Positions 40,040 to 50,171 of a stretch of DNA of 60,099 nt are shown piece by piece. The DNA is from a virus (lineage: Duplodnaviria > Caudoviricetes). The notes beneath the pieces are model-generated. The model was not told the origin of the DNA. It did no database searches and saw nothing but the letters and a program-made list of their open reading frames with translations. Numbering within the stretch: the stretch's first letter is position 1; the number at the start of each line of letters is the position of its first letter. The position numbers and the translations under genes were made by a program. The stretch lies in IMG/VR virus record IMGVR_UViG_3300044631_002674, positions 1 to 60,099 of that record. The stretch is one strand, 5' to 3'.

Positions 40040-40606
40040 TTATTTATTGTTTAATTCGTGTTTAATTTCCTTGATGAAGCGCTTGTGAATATTAATGCAT
40101 CCTTGTATTGATAATTTCAACTTCTTTGCTATTTTTTTCCAAGGAGTCAGTTTGTTGCTCTTGCAATCCTTATAACGCATTTGAATGATTTTTCTTACTC
40201 TATGATCTGGATTTTTTTCAGCCATTTCATAGATTAAATTAACCGTTTCAAAATCAATATACTCTTTGATGTAGTCCTTGTCAACTAAATGTTCTGCCTC
40301 ATCGCCCACATCACAATACTCATACTTCTTTGCTTTATTATGCACATTTAAACATTTCCACTTGATTTCATTTCCTAAATATGTGGAAAATTTTATGTTT
40401 CTATTTGGATCAAATTTTAAAGCCTTTTGATAAATGAACAGGTTTTTATCATCAATAATGTCATTTTTATTGACGTTTGATTTGTCAGAAATCGTTTGAT
40501 TGACAATCTGCAAATAGATTCCAGAATGTTTTGCGATTAATTCTTTTATGCAGTTTTCGTCGTTGCTTTTTTTAATTTCTTGGATAAGGGATAAGTCGTC
40601 TGCCAT
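40040..40606 (-). CDS. phage sigma70-family factor
   Basis: KALKFDPNRNIKFSTYL (region 2.3-like); C-terminal HTH WKKIAKKLKLS. Confidence 0.75.
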   Translation of the reverse strand: MADDLSLIQEIKKSNDENCIKELIAKHSGIYLQIVNQTISDKSNVNKNDIIDDKNLFIYQKALKFDPNRNIKFSTYLGNEIKWKCLNVHNKAKKYEYCDVGDEAEHLVDKDYIKEYIDFETVNLIYEMAEKNPDHRVRKIIQMRYKDCKSNKLTPWKKIAKKLKLSIQGCINIHKRFIKEIKHELNNK

Positions 40607-41181
40607 TTTGTGATCTCCTCTTGGTCGAAACATTGTTCAAAAATAGCCCAACTGTATTCAGACAAAGAAAATGGATTTTTGGAATCATTGTTGTCTTCAA
40701 CAGTTTGCCAAACATAAGATAGGTTTGCTTTCGCTTGCAGGATTGGATCGTTCTCCGCTTCCTCCGCGTTTGGAGGAGCAATTAAATTGTTATCTTTATC
40801 AAGGCGTGCGATATGAATTAAAAAACCATTTTCTTGAACCCATTCAGCCTCATTTTCGTAACGAACGTCTGAAATAATGGCGATTTCATCTTGCTTGATG
40901 TAAGATTTTAGAGTTTGAATCCAGCAGTCCTTGTTTAAAGCTCTGCGGATGTTTGTGCCATAAGCAACAAGAAATGGACGAATGATCTTTTTTTCTTCGT
41001 CGTTTTTTGTGAATGGGTCAATGCCTGTCTTCTTCTTTAAGAAAGGGAGAACTTCTCTTTTGAGTTCGTCAGCAAAAGCATATCTTTTAGCCTTAATTCC
41101 GAGGCTTTTAAAGATGTTGACAAAGTTATTTGCCAAAGTATCTTTGCCGCTCCGTGCGACTCCTGAAATTCCAATAATCAT
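40546..41181 (-). CDS. deoxynucleoside monophosphate kinase
   Basis: IIGISGVARSGKDT, AFADELK, ISDVRYENE. Confidence 0.85.
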   Translation of the reverse strand: MIIGISGVARSGKDTLANNFVNIFKSLGIKAKRYAFADELKREVLPFLKKKTGIDPFTKNDEEKKIIRPFLVAYGTNIRRALNKDCWIQTLKSYIKQDEIAIISDVRYENEAEWVQENGFLIHIARLDKDNNLIAPPNAEEAENDPILQAKANLSYVWQTVEDNNDSKNPFSLSEYSWAIFEQCFDQEEITKWQTTYPLSKKLKKATTKTA

Positions 41182-41711
41182 AAATTAGTACTGCCAAAGC
41201 CTCCTTGATTGCGTTCCGTATTTTCCTCAAGTTCAGAAACAAAAGAGAAAGATGGATGAAAATGTTTTTGGAAAACAAGTTGACAAATTTTATCGCCTTT
41301 TTGATAAATCTTATCAGTATTTACTGAGCAAAGAATTCCATTGCCATACATATATAAGTCTTCTGGCTGCATGATGTATTTAAACCTTACTTTTAAAGTG
41401 TTTCTATAACCAGAGTCAATAACGCCGATGCTGTTTGCCAAAACAAGATTATATTTGCTAACGCTTGATCTTGGGAAAACAAGAGTATAAACATCTTCGC
41501 GTGGAGAATTTACTGGTTGAAAACCATCAAGTTTGATGTTTAAATCGTATTCGATATAATCAATAGACTTATATCCTGCGTCAAAAGGCTCTCCTACGAT
41601 TCTGGGTTCGGTAGCAGCAATCACATCATAACCAACATCCCCTTCATGAATTGGAGGGGAGATTCCGTGATTTTCATCTACAACATCAACTAAATATGGA
41701 AAGTTACTCAT
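41178..41711 (-). CDS. dut: dUTPase (trimeric)
   Basis: GDVGYD, PRSS, GVIDSGYR, GDKICQL, RNQGGFGST. Confidence 0.92.
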   Translation of the reverse strand: MSNFPYLVDVVDENHGISPPIHEGDVGYDVIAATEPRIVGEPFDAGYKSIDYIEYDLNIKLDGFQPVNSPREDVYTLVFPRSSVSKYNLVLANSIGVIDSGYRNTLKVRFKYIMQPEDLYMYGNGILCSVNTDKIYQKGDKICQLVFQKHFHPSFSFVSELEENTERNQGGFGSTNL

Positions 41712-41985
41712 TTTCTAATTCCTTTGCTAGTTCATAGTGGCCATTGTTAGCTAGTATGGTCGCTGTGTGAACATACGAAATTTTTTCTAAATCTTCTTGA
41801 AATTCTTGACAGGAAATAAGAAATCCAACATTGATTGTTCCTAATCCTGCTTCTTCAAAGCAGGCCATAACCTGTTCAATTGCTTTTGAACAAGCTTCTG
41901 TAACGTCTGAAGCGTTAACTACGCATTCCCAATCTCCGCTTTGAACAAGGAAGATTTTCTGTTTAAAGTTTTTGAGTATAACCAT
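41704..41985 (-). CDS. hypothetical protein
   Basis: 93 aa; first gene of the leftward arm, TTGACA upstream. Confidence 0.7.
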   Translation of the reverse strand: MVILKNFKQKIFLVQSGDWECVVNASDVTEACSKAIEQVMACFEEAGLGTINVGFLISCQEFQEDLEKISYVHTATILANNGHYELAKELENE

Positions 41986-42225
41986 GATCTTATTCTTGTT
42001 CAGAAATATTCTTCTGTCAAGAAGAATTTTCTATTTATACGGTAAGTAATTAAAGTTAACTTTAGTATAAATAATATTTTAAGGACTTTTAACGTTGTGA
42101 ATAAAAAGAACGCTAGGGATACGAAGGGAGAAGGGGGTAATCTTGCAAAAAATCTGAAAAAAGTTCAAAAAACTTTTTCTGTTTCAAAAATCTTGACAAG
42201 CTCATGCATGTGTGTAATATATCGT
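41986..42225. promoter_or_regulatory. divergent intergenic control region
   Basis: leftward TTGACA element; rightward TTGACA (42193) and GTGTAA (42212); palindrome TAAAGTTAACTTTA at 42051-42064. Confidence 0.6.
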
Positions 42226-43200
42226 ATGACTATTTTCGACGAGCAAATTTCGCGCAAGCCAGATCGGTATCCTTGGGTTCAAGATTTTATTTCAGCGATG
42301 CACGAAGGATTTTGGACGCATAAAGAATTTAGCTTTTCCAGTGATTTGCAAGACTTTAAAGTTAACTTGAGCAAGGAAGAGCAGGAGATTATTATTCGCA
42401 CTCTTTCTGCCATTGGCCAGATTGAAGTGGCAGTCAAGAAATTTTGGGCAAAACTTGGCGACAATCTTCCTCATCCGTCGTTGACTGATTTGGGATATGT
42501 CATGGCAGGCGTTGAAGTTATTCACAATAATGCTTATCAGCGCTTGCTTGAAGTTCTCGACATGGAAGAAATCTTTGAGGAAAATCTCAAGCTTGATGTT
42601 GTTTCTGGCCGCGTCAATTATCTTCGCAAATACACTCATCGCTTTTACAAGGATTCAAAAAAGCAATATGTTTATGCTTTGATTCTTTTCACGCTTTTCA
42701 TTGAGAATGTTTCTTTGTTTTCTCAATTCTACATTATTCTTTGGTTCGGTAGATACCGTAATGTTCTCAAGGATACCACTCAGCAAGTGACCTATACAAA
42801 AAACGAAGAACTTATTCATGCAAAAGCTGGCATGAAACTTGTGAATGTGATTCGCAAAGAATGCCCAGAGCTTTTTGACGAAGAATTGGAGGCAAAAATT
42901 CTGCATGAAGCAGAAGAAGCTTTTAATGCAGAAAGCAAAATCATTGATTGGATCATTGGAGATTGGAGCGCACAAAGAATTAATGCTGATATTCTTAAAG
43001 AATATGTTAAGAGCAGAATTAATGATTCTTTGAAAGAGATTGGCTTCAAATCCTTATTTACCATTGATAAAACTATTGCTAGAGACTATGAATGGATGGA
43101 TGAGGAAGTCTTGGCAAACAATGCTGTGGATTTCTTCTACCAACGTCCAGTTGACTACGCAAAGAAAAACAAAACCTTTGAACTCGAAGAACTCGTTTAA
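42226..43200 (+). CDS. nrdB: ribonucleotide reductase class I beta subunit
   Basis: FWTHKE, EVIHNNAY, ENVSLFSQF, EELIH, DFFYQRPVDY. Confidence 0.93.
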   Translation: MTIFDEQISRKPDRYPWVQDFISAMHEGFWTHKEFSFSSDLQDFKVNLSKEEQEIIIRTLSAIGQIEVAVKKFWAKLGDNLPHPSLTDLGYVMAGVEVIHNNAYQRLLEVLDMEEIFEENLKLDVVSGRVNYLRKYTHRFYKDSKKQYVYALILFTLFIENVSLFSQFYIILWFGRYRNVLKDTTQQVTYTKNEELIHAKAGMKLVNVIRKECPELFDEELEAKILHEAEEAFNAESKIIDWIIGDWSAQRINADILKEYVKSRINDSLKEIGFKSLFTIDKTIARDYEWMDEEVLANNAVDFFYQRPVDYAKKNKTFELEELV

Positions 43201-43202
43201 AA

Positions 43203-44849
43203 ATGACAAAATACTACTGGCTAAATCAAAAATCCCGCGAATTTCTATCTCGCGGATATGTTGGAGAGAATCAAACAGCAGAGGAAAGAGTAAGAGCAAT
43301 TGCCGAGTCTGCCGAAAAGTATTTAAACATTGAAGGCTTTGCAGACAAGTTTGAAGATTACATGTCTCGCGGATGGTTTAGTTTATCCTCTCCAGTATGG
43401 GCAAACTATGGTCTTGAAAGAGGATTGCCATGTTCTTGTAATGGTTCATTCATTGAAGACACAATGGATAGCATTTTGTACAAGAACGCTGAAATTGGAA
43501 TGATGACCAAAAACGCTGCTGGAACATCAGCATATTTTGGAAAGCTTCGCCCAAGAGGCGCACCTATTAGCTCTGGTGGCGATTCTAGCGGAAGCGTGCA
43601 TTTCATGGAACTTTTCGATAAAGTGGCAAATGTTGTTTCTCAATCAAATGTTAGAAGAGGTTCAATGGCCGCTTATTTGGATATTGATCATCCAGATTTG
43701 GAAGAGTTTTTGCGCATTAGGGGCGAAGGCCATCCAATTCAAGAGCTTAGCATAGGCGTATGCATTTCTAATGAGTGGATGAGGGGTCTTCTAAACAAAG
43801 ATAAAGATAAGCTAAGAATTTGGGGTCAAGTTATTAAAAAGCGCTTTGAAAGCGGCTATCCATATATTCATTTTACTGGTAATGCAAACGAGCAAGCTCC
43901 TGCTGTTTACAAAGATAAAGGGGTAAAAATTTATGCCAGCAATCTTTGCAACGAAATTAACCTCTCTTCCGACAAGGACACTTCATTTGTTTGCGTTCTC
44001 TCTAGCATTAATCTTCTTCACTATAACGAGTGGAAAGATACTGACGCTGTTGAGGTTTTAACTTATTTCCTTGATACTGTAACCGAAGAATATATCCGTA
44101 AGACTGAAAACATGCTATTCATGTCTGCCGCTAACAAATTCGCTAAGGAGCAGAGAGCAATTGGCCTTGGCGTTCTGGGATGGCATTCTCTTCTGCAATC
44201 TAAAAACATTGCTTGGGAAAGTATGGAAGCAAAAATTCTAAATGCGAGCGTTTTTAAGCTTTTAGCAGAAAGAAGTTTAAAAGCAAGCAAGGAAATGGCC
44301 GAAAAGTATGGCGAACCAGAAATGCTAAAAGGATACGGCGAAAGAATGGTCACTCGTTTAGCTATCGCTCCAACTGTTTCTTCTTCATTTATTCTTGGCC
44401 AAGTTTCTCAAGGTATTGAGCCGCAGAACTCCAATTACTACGTTAAGAAACTCGCCAAAGGTTCATTTACATATAAAAATCCATATCTTAAAGAAGTTTT
44501 AAAGGAAAAGGGCAAGGACGAACAAGATGTTTGGAAAAGCATTCTTGAAAACGGTGGCTCTGTTCAGCATCTTGATTTTCTTAGCGAACACGAAAAAGAT
44601 GTGTTCAAGACTTTTGGAGAAATTTCGCAAAAAGAGATTGTTATCCAAGCAGCACAACGTCAAAAGTTTATTGATCAAGGGCAAAGTTTGAACCTTATGA
44701 TTCCTCCATCTACTCCTATTGGAGAAGTTAGTAAGCTCATGATTTTTGGATGGGAACAAGGAATTAAAGGTTTTTATTATCAAAAGTCTAGCAATCCAAG
44801 TCAGCTTTTGGCACGTTCACTTAATGAATGTAAATCGTGCGAGGCTTAA
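43203..44849 (+). CDS. nrdA: ribonucleotide reductase class I alpha subunit (short, no ATP-cone)
   Basis: PCSC, VRRG, SNLCNEI, AIAPT, DQGQSLN, GFYY, C-terminal CKSCE. Confidence 0.93.
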   Translation: MTKYYWLNQKSREFLSRGYVGENQTAEERVRAIAESAEKYLNIEGFADKFEDYMSRGWFSLSSPVWANYGLERGLPCSCNGSFIEDTMDSILYKNAEIGMMTKNAAGTSAYFGKLRPRGAPISSGGDSSGSVHFMELFDKVANVVSQSNVRRGSMAAYLDIDHPDLEEFLRIRGEGHPIQELSIGVCISNEWMRGLLNKDKDKLRIWGQVIKKRFESGYPYIHFTGNANEQAPAVYKDKGVKIYASNLCNEINLSSDKDTSFVCVLSSINLLHYNEWKDTDAVEVLTYFLDTVTEEYIRKTENMLFMSAANKFAKEQRAIGLGVLGWHSLLQSKNIAWESMEAKILNASVFKLLAERSLKASKEMAEKYGEPEMLKGYGERMVTRLAIAPTVSSSFILGQVSQGIEPQNSNYYVKKLAKGSFTYKNPYLKEVLKEKGKDEQDVWKSILENGGSVQHLDFLSEHEKDVFKTFGEISQKEIVIQAAQRQKFIDQGQSLNLMIPPSTPIGEVSKLMIFGWEQGIKGFYYQKSSNPSQLLARSLNECKSCEA

Positions 44850-44876
44850 TTAATTGTTGATAAAATACTTTTTTAA

Positions 44877-44882
44877 GTGTAA
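44877..44882 (+). promoter_or_regulatory. GTGTAA putative phage-specific promoter motif
   Basis: 9 nt upstream of ATG 44892. Confidence 0.55.
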
Positions 44883-44891
44883 AAATTAAAC

Positions 44892-45935
44892 ATGGAAGTA
44901 GATTTTTCTCAACAGATTTTAGAAGGTAAAGCTCGTTCTGGCCCAAAGAGTTCTGCTCAAACACCTGCCAAACCAGAAGAACGCAAGAAAGGTTCAAAAA
45001 TCAACGAACCTGGCTCTGCTGGCACAACTCCAGATGCAAAAGAGCGTGCCGAGAAAAATCTAAAAAAAGATGATGAAAAAGAAGTCGTTAAGGCCGAAAT
45101 CTCTTTTAATGATAAAATTACCGAAGCTTTAAAAAAGAAAGTTGAAGATCATAATTCCAAGCATGATAAGAAAGTTTCTCTTTCTCAATTGAAGAAAGTT
45201 TATCGTAGAGGTCTTGGAGCGTTTAGTTCAACTCACAGACCTGGAAAAAGCCGCCAGCAATGGGCAATGGCCCGCGTCAACACCTTCCTAAAAATGATGC
45301 GTGGAGAAAAGGTAAAAGACTCTTATAAAGCTGCCGATGGAGATATTGCTAAAGGTTCTGAGGCTTTTGACCATAATCAAGACTATTTTGATTATGAAGA
45401 TGTAGAACTTCAATTGGCACATATTCATTTAATTGAGGCTGGAGTCGCTTTTGAAGAAATGAACATCTTTAATGAAGATATTGATTATTCAGAAGCAGAA
45501 AAGAAAACTTTAAACAAGCCTTTTCGCCTTCCTTCTGGTTCTAATAAGAAATTTGGCGTTTATGTTAAGAACGATAAAGGCAATACAGTGATGGTCAAGT
45601 TTGGCGATCCGAACATGGAAATCAAACGCGATGATCCTGAGCGTCGTAAGAATTTCCGCGCCCGCCATCAATGCGATACTAATGTTGGCCCTAAATGGAA
45701 AGCTCGTTACTGGTCTTGCCGTTTCTGGAGCAAGAGTCCTGTTTCTAAAATGACGGCGGAAGAATTAGACAAACTAGACCCAATTGAAGCTTTTTATATC
45801 AAGCAAGAAGAAAGACTTGCTGCTTTAGCAGATGGAAGCTTTGATGAGGAATATCTTCCTCTTCAAGAAGAAATCTTAGCTCTGAATCCTCTTCTCGATA
45901 ATGTTTATTTTATCGAAGAAGAAGTAGGAATTTAA
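44892..45935 (+). CDS. multi-domain hypothetical phage protein
   Basis: VYRRGLGAF..THRPG..RQQWAMARVN and KKFGVYV...KFGDP...RRKNFRARHQC...ARYWSC domains. Confidence 0.75.
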   Translation: MEVDFSQQILEGKARSGPKSSAQTPAKPEERKKGSKINEPGSAGTTPDAKERAEKNLKKDDEKEVVKAEISFNDKITEALKKKVEDHNSKHDKKVSLSQLKKVYRRGLGAFSSTHRPGKSRQQWAMARVNTFLKMMRGEKVKDSYKAADGDIAKGSEAFDHNQDYFDYEDVELQLAHIHLIEAGVAFEEMNIFNEDIDYSEAEKKTLNKPFRLPSGSNKKFGVYVKNDKGNTVMVKFGDPNMEIKRDDPERRKNFRARHQCDTNVGPKWKARYWSCRFWSKSPVSKMTAEELDKLDPIEAFYIKQEERLAALADGSFDEEYLPLQEEILALNPLLDNVYFIEEEVGI

Positions 45936-45968
45936 GTAGAAAAATTCGGAAGCTATCGTATCATACTT

Positions 45969-46232
45969 GTGACCGAGCAAGTATTAGGTATTATTTATAC
46001 GTTTTGTTTTTCAATCTGCTATTTGCCGCAGATTTTAAAGAGTCTTTCAACAAAGAATGTTGAAGACGTTAGCGTTCAGATGTTTATCTTGTCAATTATA
46101 GGGTATATCTCAGCAATGGGATATACCTTTTTGCGTGTTAGGTTTGACTTTTGGTGGACGATTAATTATTTGTTTGGGCTTGTGTCTTCATCAATCATGG
46201 TTTGTATTTATTATAAATATAAGAAAAATTGA
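45969..46232 (+). CDS. PQ-loop / SemiSWEET-like small transporter
   Basis: 87 aa, three hydrophobic helices, YLPQILKS..TKNVEDVS. Confidence 0.8.
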   Translation: MTEQVLGIIYTFCFSICYLPQILKSLSTKNVEDVSVQMFILSIIGYISAMGYTFLRVRFDFWWTINYLFGLVSSSIMVCIYYKYKKN

Positions 46233-47005
46233 ATATGTTCAGTATTTATCACTCAGCGTTTAATCTAATTAAACATGGCTTTGTTGGATGGCAGCAAAGT
46301 GTTCAAAACTCTTGTCAATTCGCCGAAGAAGTTGTTATCGCAATCAATACATCAACTGATGGAACAAGACAAGCAATCGAGGAATCTTTAAAAGAATTTA
46401 ATAATTGGAAAATTATTGAAACAAATTTTAGCTACCAAGACCCTTGGCTAGATGGAAAAATTAAAAACGAAGCATTGCAAGCTTGCACGCAAGACTTTAA
46501 GATTCAGCTTGATCTAGATGAGTACATTCCACTGTGGCAAAAACCATTATGGGAAAACTTAGCAATGCAAATTGCACTAAGTCCAGTTCAGTGCGCAGCG
46601 GTTGCATCAGTGAATCTTTATAAAGATTGGGAGCATTTTGCTTCAATTACTAATAAGCAATACTTCCATAAAGGGCAAGCTTACAGAGCGCCATGTATTC
46701 AGGCACGAAAACCAGACGGTACAATCAATACTAAAATGAGCGATGGTTGCGATTTAGTTGACGCTTCTGGCAATTTTGTTAGCACAATCGCCACATCTAA
46801 TAGCCAAGAAATCTTGGAGCAGAATGTTTCTCCATTTGTTATTCATTTTGGATATGTTGACCTAGACTCAAGACTAAAAAGAAATCATGAGTTTTGGCAC
46901 GAACACTGGTATGTTGAAGGCGGTGGACAAGACCCTGCTCACAAAATTCACATGAAGCACGAAGATTTCGATCAACTATATATCCCTCATTCTTTAAAAC
47001 TATGA
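46229..47005 (+). CDS. glycosyltransferase family 2-like protein
   Basis: EVVIA..TSTDGT, KNEALQAC, QLDLDE (DxD), HFGY. Confidence 0.75.
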   Translation: MNMFSIYHSAFNLIKHGFVGWQQSVQNSCQFAEEVVIAINTSTDGTRQAIEESLKEFNNWKIIETNFSYQDPWLDGKIKNEALQACTQDFKIQLDLDEYIPLWQKPLWENLAMQIALSPVQCAAVASVNLYKDWEHFASITNKQYFHKGQAYRAPCIQARKPDGTINTKMSDGCDLVDASGNFVSTIATSNSQEILEQNVSPFVIHFGYVDLDSRLKRNHEFWHEHWYVEGGGQDPAHKIHMKHEDFDQLYIPHSLKL

Positions 47006-47712
47006 TTCAAGAACTACTAAAACAATTAAGACCATATAGTCTTCCATATAGAATGGTTAGGGTAGGAAATCCAATTAGAGATGGTGGATACGGTTTATAT
47101 GAAAAATTTACATTAGAGTCTGATGCTGTATATTCATTTGGTGTTGGAGAGCTGCCAGAACAAGTTGAATTCGATAGACAAATGGCTTCTTTAGGCAAGA
47201 AGGTTTACATGTATGATTATAGCGTTGATGGACCACCTATTAGTCATGAAAATTTTCTTTTTCATAAAGAATTTGTTTCTTCAGAAAACGCTTATGAGTT
47301 TTTAAAAATTAATGGAGACTTAGATAAAAAAAATCTTTTGGGTCAATTTGATATTGAGGGTTCAGAATATGAAATGATTCTCAATATAGATAAAAATTTC
47401 TTTAATCATTTTTCTCAATTAAGTATTGAATTTCATAAATTAAATTTAATTAAAGATGAACATATTGAAGCTTTAAAAGTATTGAATGATAGATATTATT
47501 TGTACCATATTCACGCAAATAATCATACTGATGTTTTTGATGAAACAAGAACAGTCCCTGAAACTTTAGAAATTTCTTTCTTGAGAAAAGATAAAGTAAA
47601 GAATATTACTCCTTATTTTGATAAAAAACCAAGTCCAACTACAGGTATAGATAAACCATGTTGTCCTTGGATGCCTGAAATATTTTTAGATTGGTGGTGC
47701 CAAGATGATTGA
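47002..47712 (+). CDS. FkbM/Methyltransf_22-like methyltransferase
   Basis: RVG...DGGY, VYSFGVG, DIEGSEY, QLSIEFH, HIHANN. Confidence 0.8.
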   Translation: MIQELLKQLRPYSLPYRMVRVGNPIRDGGYGLYEKFTLESDAVYSFGVGELPEQVEFDRQMASLGKKVYMYDYSVDGPPISHENFLFHKEFVSSENAYEFLKINGDLDKKNLLGQFDIEGSEYEMILNIDKNFFNHFSQLSIEFHKLNLIKDEHIEALKVLNDRYYLYHIHANNHTDVFDETRTVPETLEISFLRKDKVKNITPYFDKKPSPTTGIDKPCCPWMPEIFLDWWCQDD

Positions 47713-48631
47713 AGATATTTTATATAAATTTTATAAAGATAAAAAAAGCTTCAAGCCAAAACTCAATGATTTAGCTTCTATTCAAGAAGCTGATCAATTA
47801 AATTTAACAACTTTAAATATTGGTCTTGGAGACGCTGTTATTTTAACAGCCTTGACAAAAGATCAATCTAAAAATTTAAATATATACTCTCAAAACAAAC
47901 ATTGGCAAAGCCTTTGTAAATTTAATAGTAAATTAAACAAAGATATTAATTCTGGCCAATACATTAGAACGGAATTATTGGAATTTTTTGATATTGGAAA
48001 TGGACATTTGGCCCAAAGATTGCAAAGAGCAATCGGTTTAAATGTTGAGTTTAAACCAACGCCCTATATTAATGTTGATTCTCAGATCAATAAAAAAAAG
48101 ATAGGTCTTCATTTTTCCACTGGAATAAGCGCATTTGATCTAAAAAGCAAAGGATTTGAAAACCCAAGACAGTTATTAGATGAATCAAAAATAATAATTG
48201 AGTCTTTTATTAACGAATCTGAATATGAGTTTTATGAATTTGGCCAAAAGTCTGTTTTCAGAAATGAAAAAGTCACAAGTCTTTCGAACCTATCTATAGA
48301 AGAAAGTATTATAAAACTTGCTGAATGCGAATACTTTATTGGCTTAAATAGCGGATTTATGAATGTCGCCGCTGGTTTAAATATCAAATCTATTATTGTA
48401 GTAAATGTCCCACATGCGAAAGATTTGTATCTGCCTGTTTTAGTTGACTGTTTAAAAGAAGACATGAACTGGCTATACCCTCAAAACGTGCATTTGTTTC
48501 AAAATGATGAAAATGAACTCGTCCCAAGGCTATCAATAGATTCTATCAAAAAAGCAATCAATGGAGAAGTCTATCCATATTGGGAAACAAAATATTTAAA
48601 TTTAATTTATGATAAAAATTTTAGTAGATGA
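47705..48631 (+). CDS. glycosyltransferase family 9-like protein
   Basis: GLGDAVILT, CEYFIGLNSGFMNVAAGL. Confidence 0.75.
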   Translation: MIEDILYKFYKDKKSFKPKLNDLASIQEADQLNLTTLNIGLGDAVILTALTKDQSKNLNIYSQNKHWQSLCKFNSKLNKDINSGQYIRTELLEFFDIGNGHLAQRLQRAIGLNVEFKPTPYINVDSQINKKKIGLHFSTGISAFDLKSKGFENPRQLLDESKIIIESFINESEYEFYEFGQKSVFRNEKVTSLSNLSIEESIIKLAECEYFIGLNSGFMNVAAGLNIKSIIVVNVPHAKDLYLPVLVDCLKEDMNWLYPQNVHLFQNDENELVPRLSIDSIKKAINGEVYPYWETKYLNLIYDKNFSR

Positions 48632-48956
48632 AGGATATGCATACGATTACTTAGCTATTCTAACGGTTAAAGCAAAAAAAATTAATACCAATAAGACTTT
48701 AGATGCTAAGAATCAATGCAATGAATTTTTAATGAATCAAGTTGGAGAAGATAAACATCTTGATATTTTAAAGTCTAAAGCTTTTACAGACTTATTCAAC
48801 GTTAACTCAGAAACTTTTGACGCTGTAGAAAAAGCTCGTTATGGAGAAATTTCAGCTAAGGAAGTTGACGATTTAAATATGAAAAGGTATCATTGTAAAG
48901 TAACGTTACAAAACAAATTTTTTCCAAATATACAAACTACAGAATTTAAATCATGA
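48609..48956 (+). CDS. helical hypothetical protein in the glycan operon
   Basis: DYLAILTVK...LFNVN...D..E....LNMKR. Confidence 0.65.
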   Translation: MIKILVDEGYAYDYLAILTVKAKKINTNKTLDAKNQCNEFLMNQVGEDKHLDILKSKAFTDLFNVNSETFDAVEKARYGEISAKEVDDLNMKRYHCKVTLQNKFFPNIQTTEFKS

Positions 48957-49984
48957 AAACAATTATTATCACAGGTATCACTGGTCAGGACGGCTCTTTA
49001 ATGGCAGACCATCTGCTAAAAGACCCAAATAATTTTGTATATGGCGCTCATCGTCGTTTAAGCGTTCCTAATCATCAAAATATCGAACATTTAAAAAATC
49101 ATGAAAGATTCAAGCTATGTGAATTAGACCTTACTGATCCCGAAAGCATTAACCAAGCGGTAAGAGAAATTAAGCCAGATTTCTTCATTAATTTTGCCGC
49201 CAATTCGTTTGTTGGAAATAGCTGGAAAATGCCAATCAATCACATGCAAACAAACTGCATGGGCGTTCTTTATTGTTTGGAGGCCATTAGAAATATTTCC
49301 CCACATACTAGATTTTATAATGCTGGCAGCAGCGAACAATTTGGAGATGTAGCCTATTCTCCACAAGATATTAATCATCCATTCAGGCCAAGATCGCCTT
49401 ATGGGGCATCTAAGTGTGCTGCGCACCATCTTGTCAAGGTATATCGCGAGTCTTATGGCACTTATGCTGTCCAAGGCATCTTGTTTAATCATGAGGGAAT
49501 TAGAAGATCGCATGAGTTCTTGACGCGCAAAATTACTTCTAATGTTGCTAGAATCAAAAAAGCTATGCAAAAAGACGAAGAATTTGCGCCAATTGAACTA
49601 GGTAATCTTGATGCTAGACGTGATTGGAGCGATTCTGAAGATTTTATGACAGGAGTATGGGCGATGCTCAATCAAGAAGCTCCCAAAGACTATGTGTTGT
49701 CCTCTAATGAAACACATTCTGTGCGCGAATTTGTCGAACTCTCTTTTGAAACGGTTGGTATTCAAGGATATTGGAAAGGAGAAGGAGTTGATGAAACTTA
49801 TCTTCGCAAAGAGACTCAAGAAGTTCTTGTCAAAGTCAATCCAAAATTTTACAGGTTGGCAGAGGTGGAATTATTGTGGGGCGTGTCCGATCCTGCCCGC
49901 CAAGAGCTAGGGTGGCAACCAAAAATCTCATTCCGAAAACTCGTGGACAAAATGGTAAATCACGATCTTCAAAATCATGCGTAA
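48953..49984 (+). CDS. gmd: GDP-mannose 4,6-dehydratase
   Basis: ITGITGQDGS, SSEQFG, PRSPYGASK, GILFNHE, LGNLDARRDW. Confidence 0.95.
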   Translation: MKTIIITGITGQDGSLMADHLLKDPNNFVYGAHRRLSVPNHQNIEHLKNHERFKLCELDLTDPESINQAVREIKPDFFINFAANSFVGNSWKMPINHMQTNCMGVLYCLEAIRNISPHTRFYNAGSSEQFGDVAYSPQDINHPFRPRSPYGASKCAAHHLVKVYRESYGTYAVQGILFNHEGIRRSHEFLTRKITSNVARIKKAMQKDEEFAPIELGNLDARRDWSDSEDFMTGVWAMLNQEAPKDYVLSSNETHSVREFVELSFETVGIQGYWKGEGVDETYLRKETQEVLVKVNPKFYRLAEVELLWGVSDPARQELGWQPKISFRKLVDKMVNHDLQNHA

Positions 49985-50171
49985 AAGACATTTTACATTT
50001 GATAATCAATGCTCAAGAAAATACCATCTCAACGAATCTTTCTTTGAAAAAATTGACTGTCAAGAGAAAGCTTATTTTCTTGGTTTTATTTTTGCCGATG
50101 GAAGTATTAGCAAAATTGAAATTCCTGAAAAAATGGTTGCATCTGACCTAGGTTTGCCTTATGATAAGTAA
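49977..50171 (+). pseudogene. truncated LAGLIDADG homing endonuclease remnant
   Basis: KYHLNESFFEKIDCQEKAYFLGFIFADGSI followed by an early stop. Confidence 0.75.

Noticed and set aside
42097-42225. 43-aa N-terminal extension of NrdB
   Set aside because: The extension spans promoter elements; the NrdB-like sequence starts at ATG 42226
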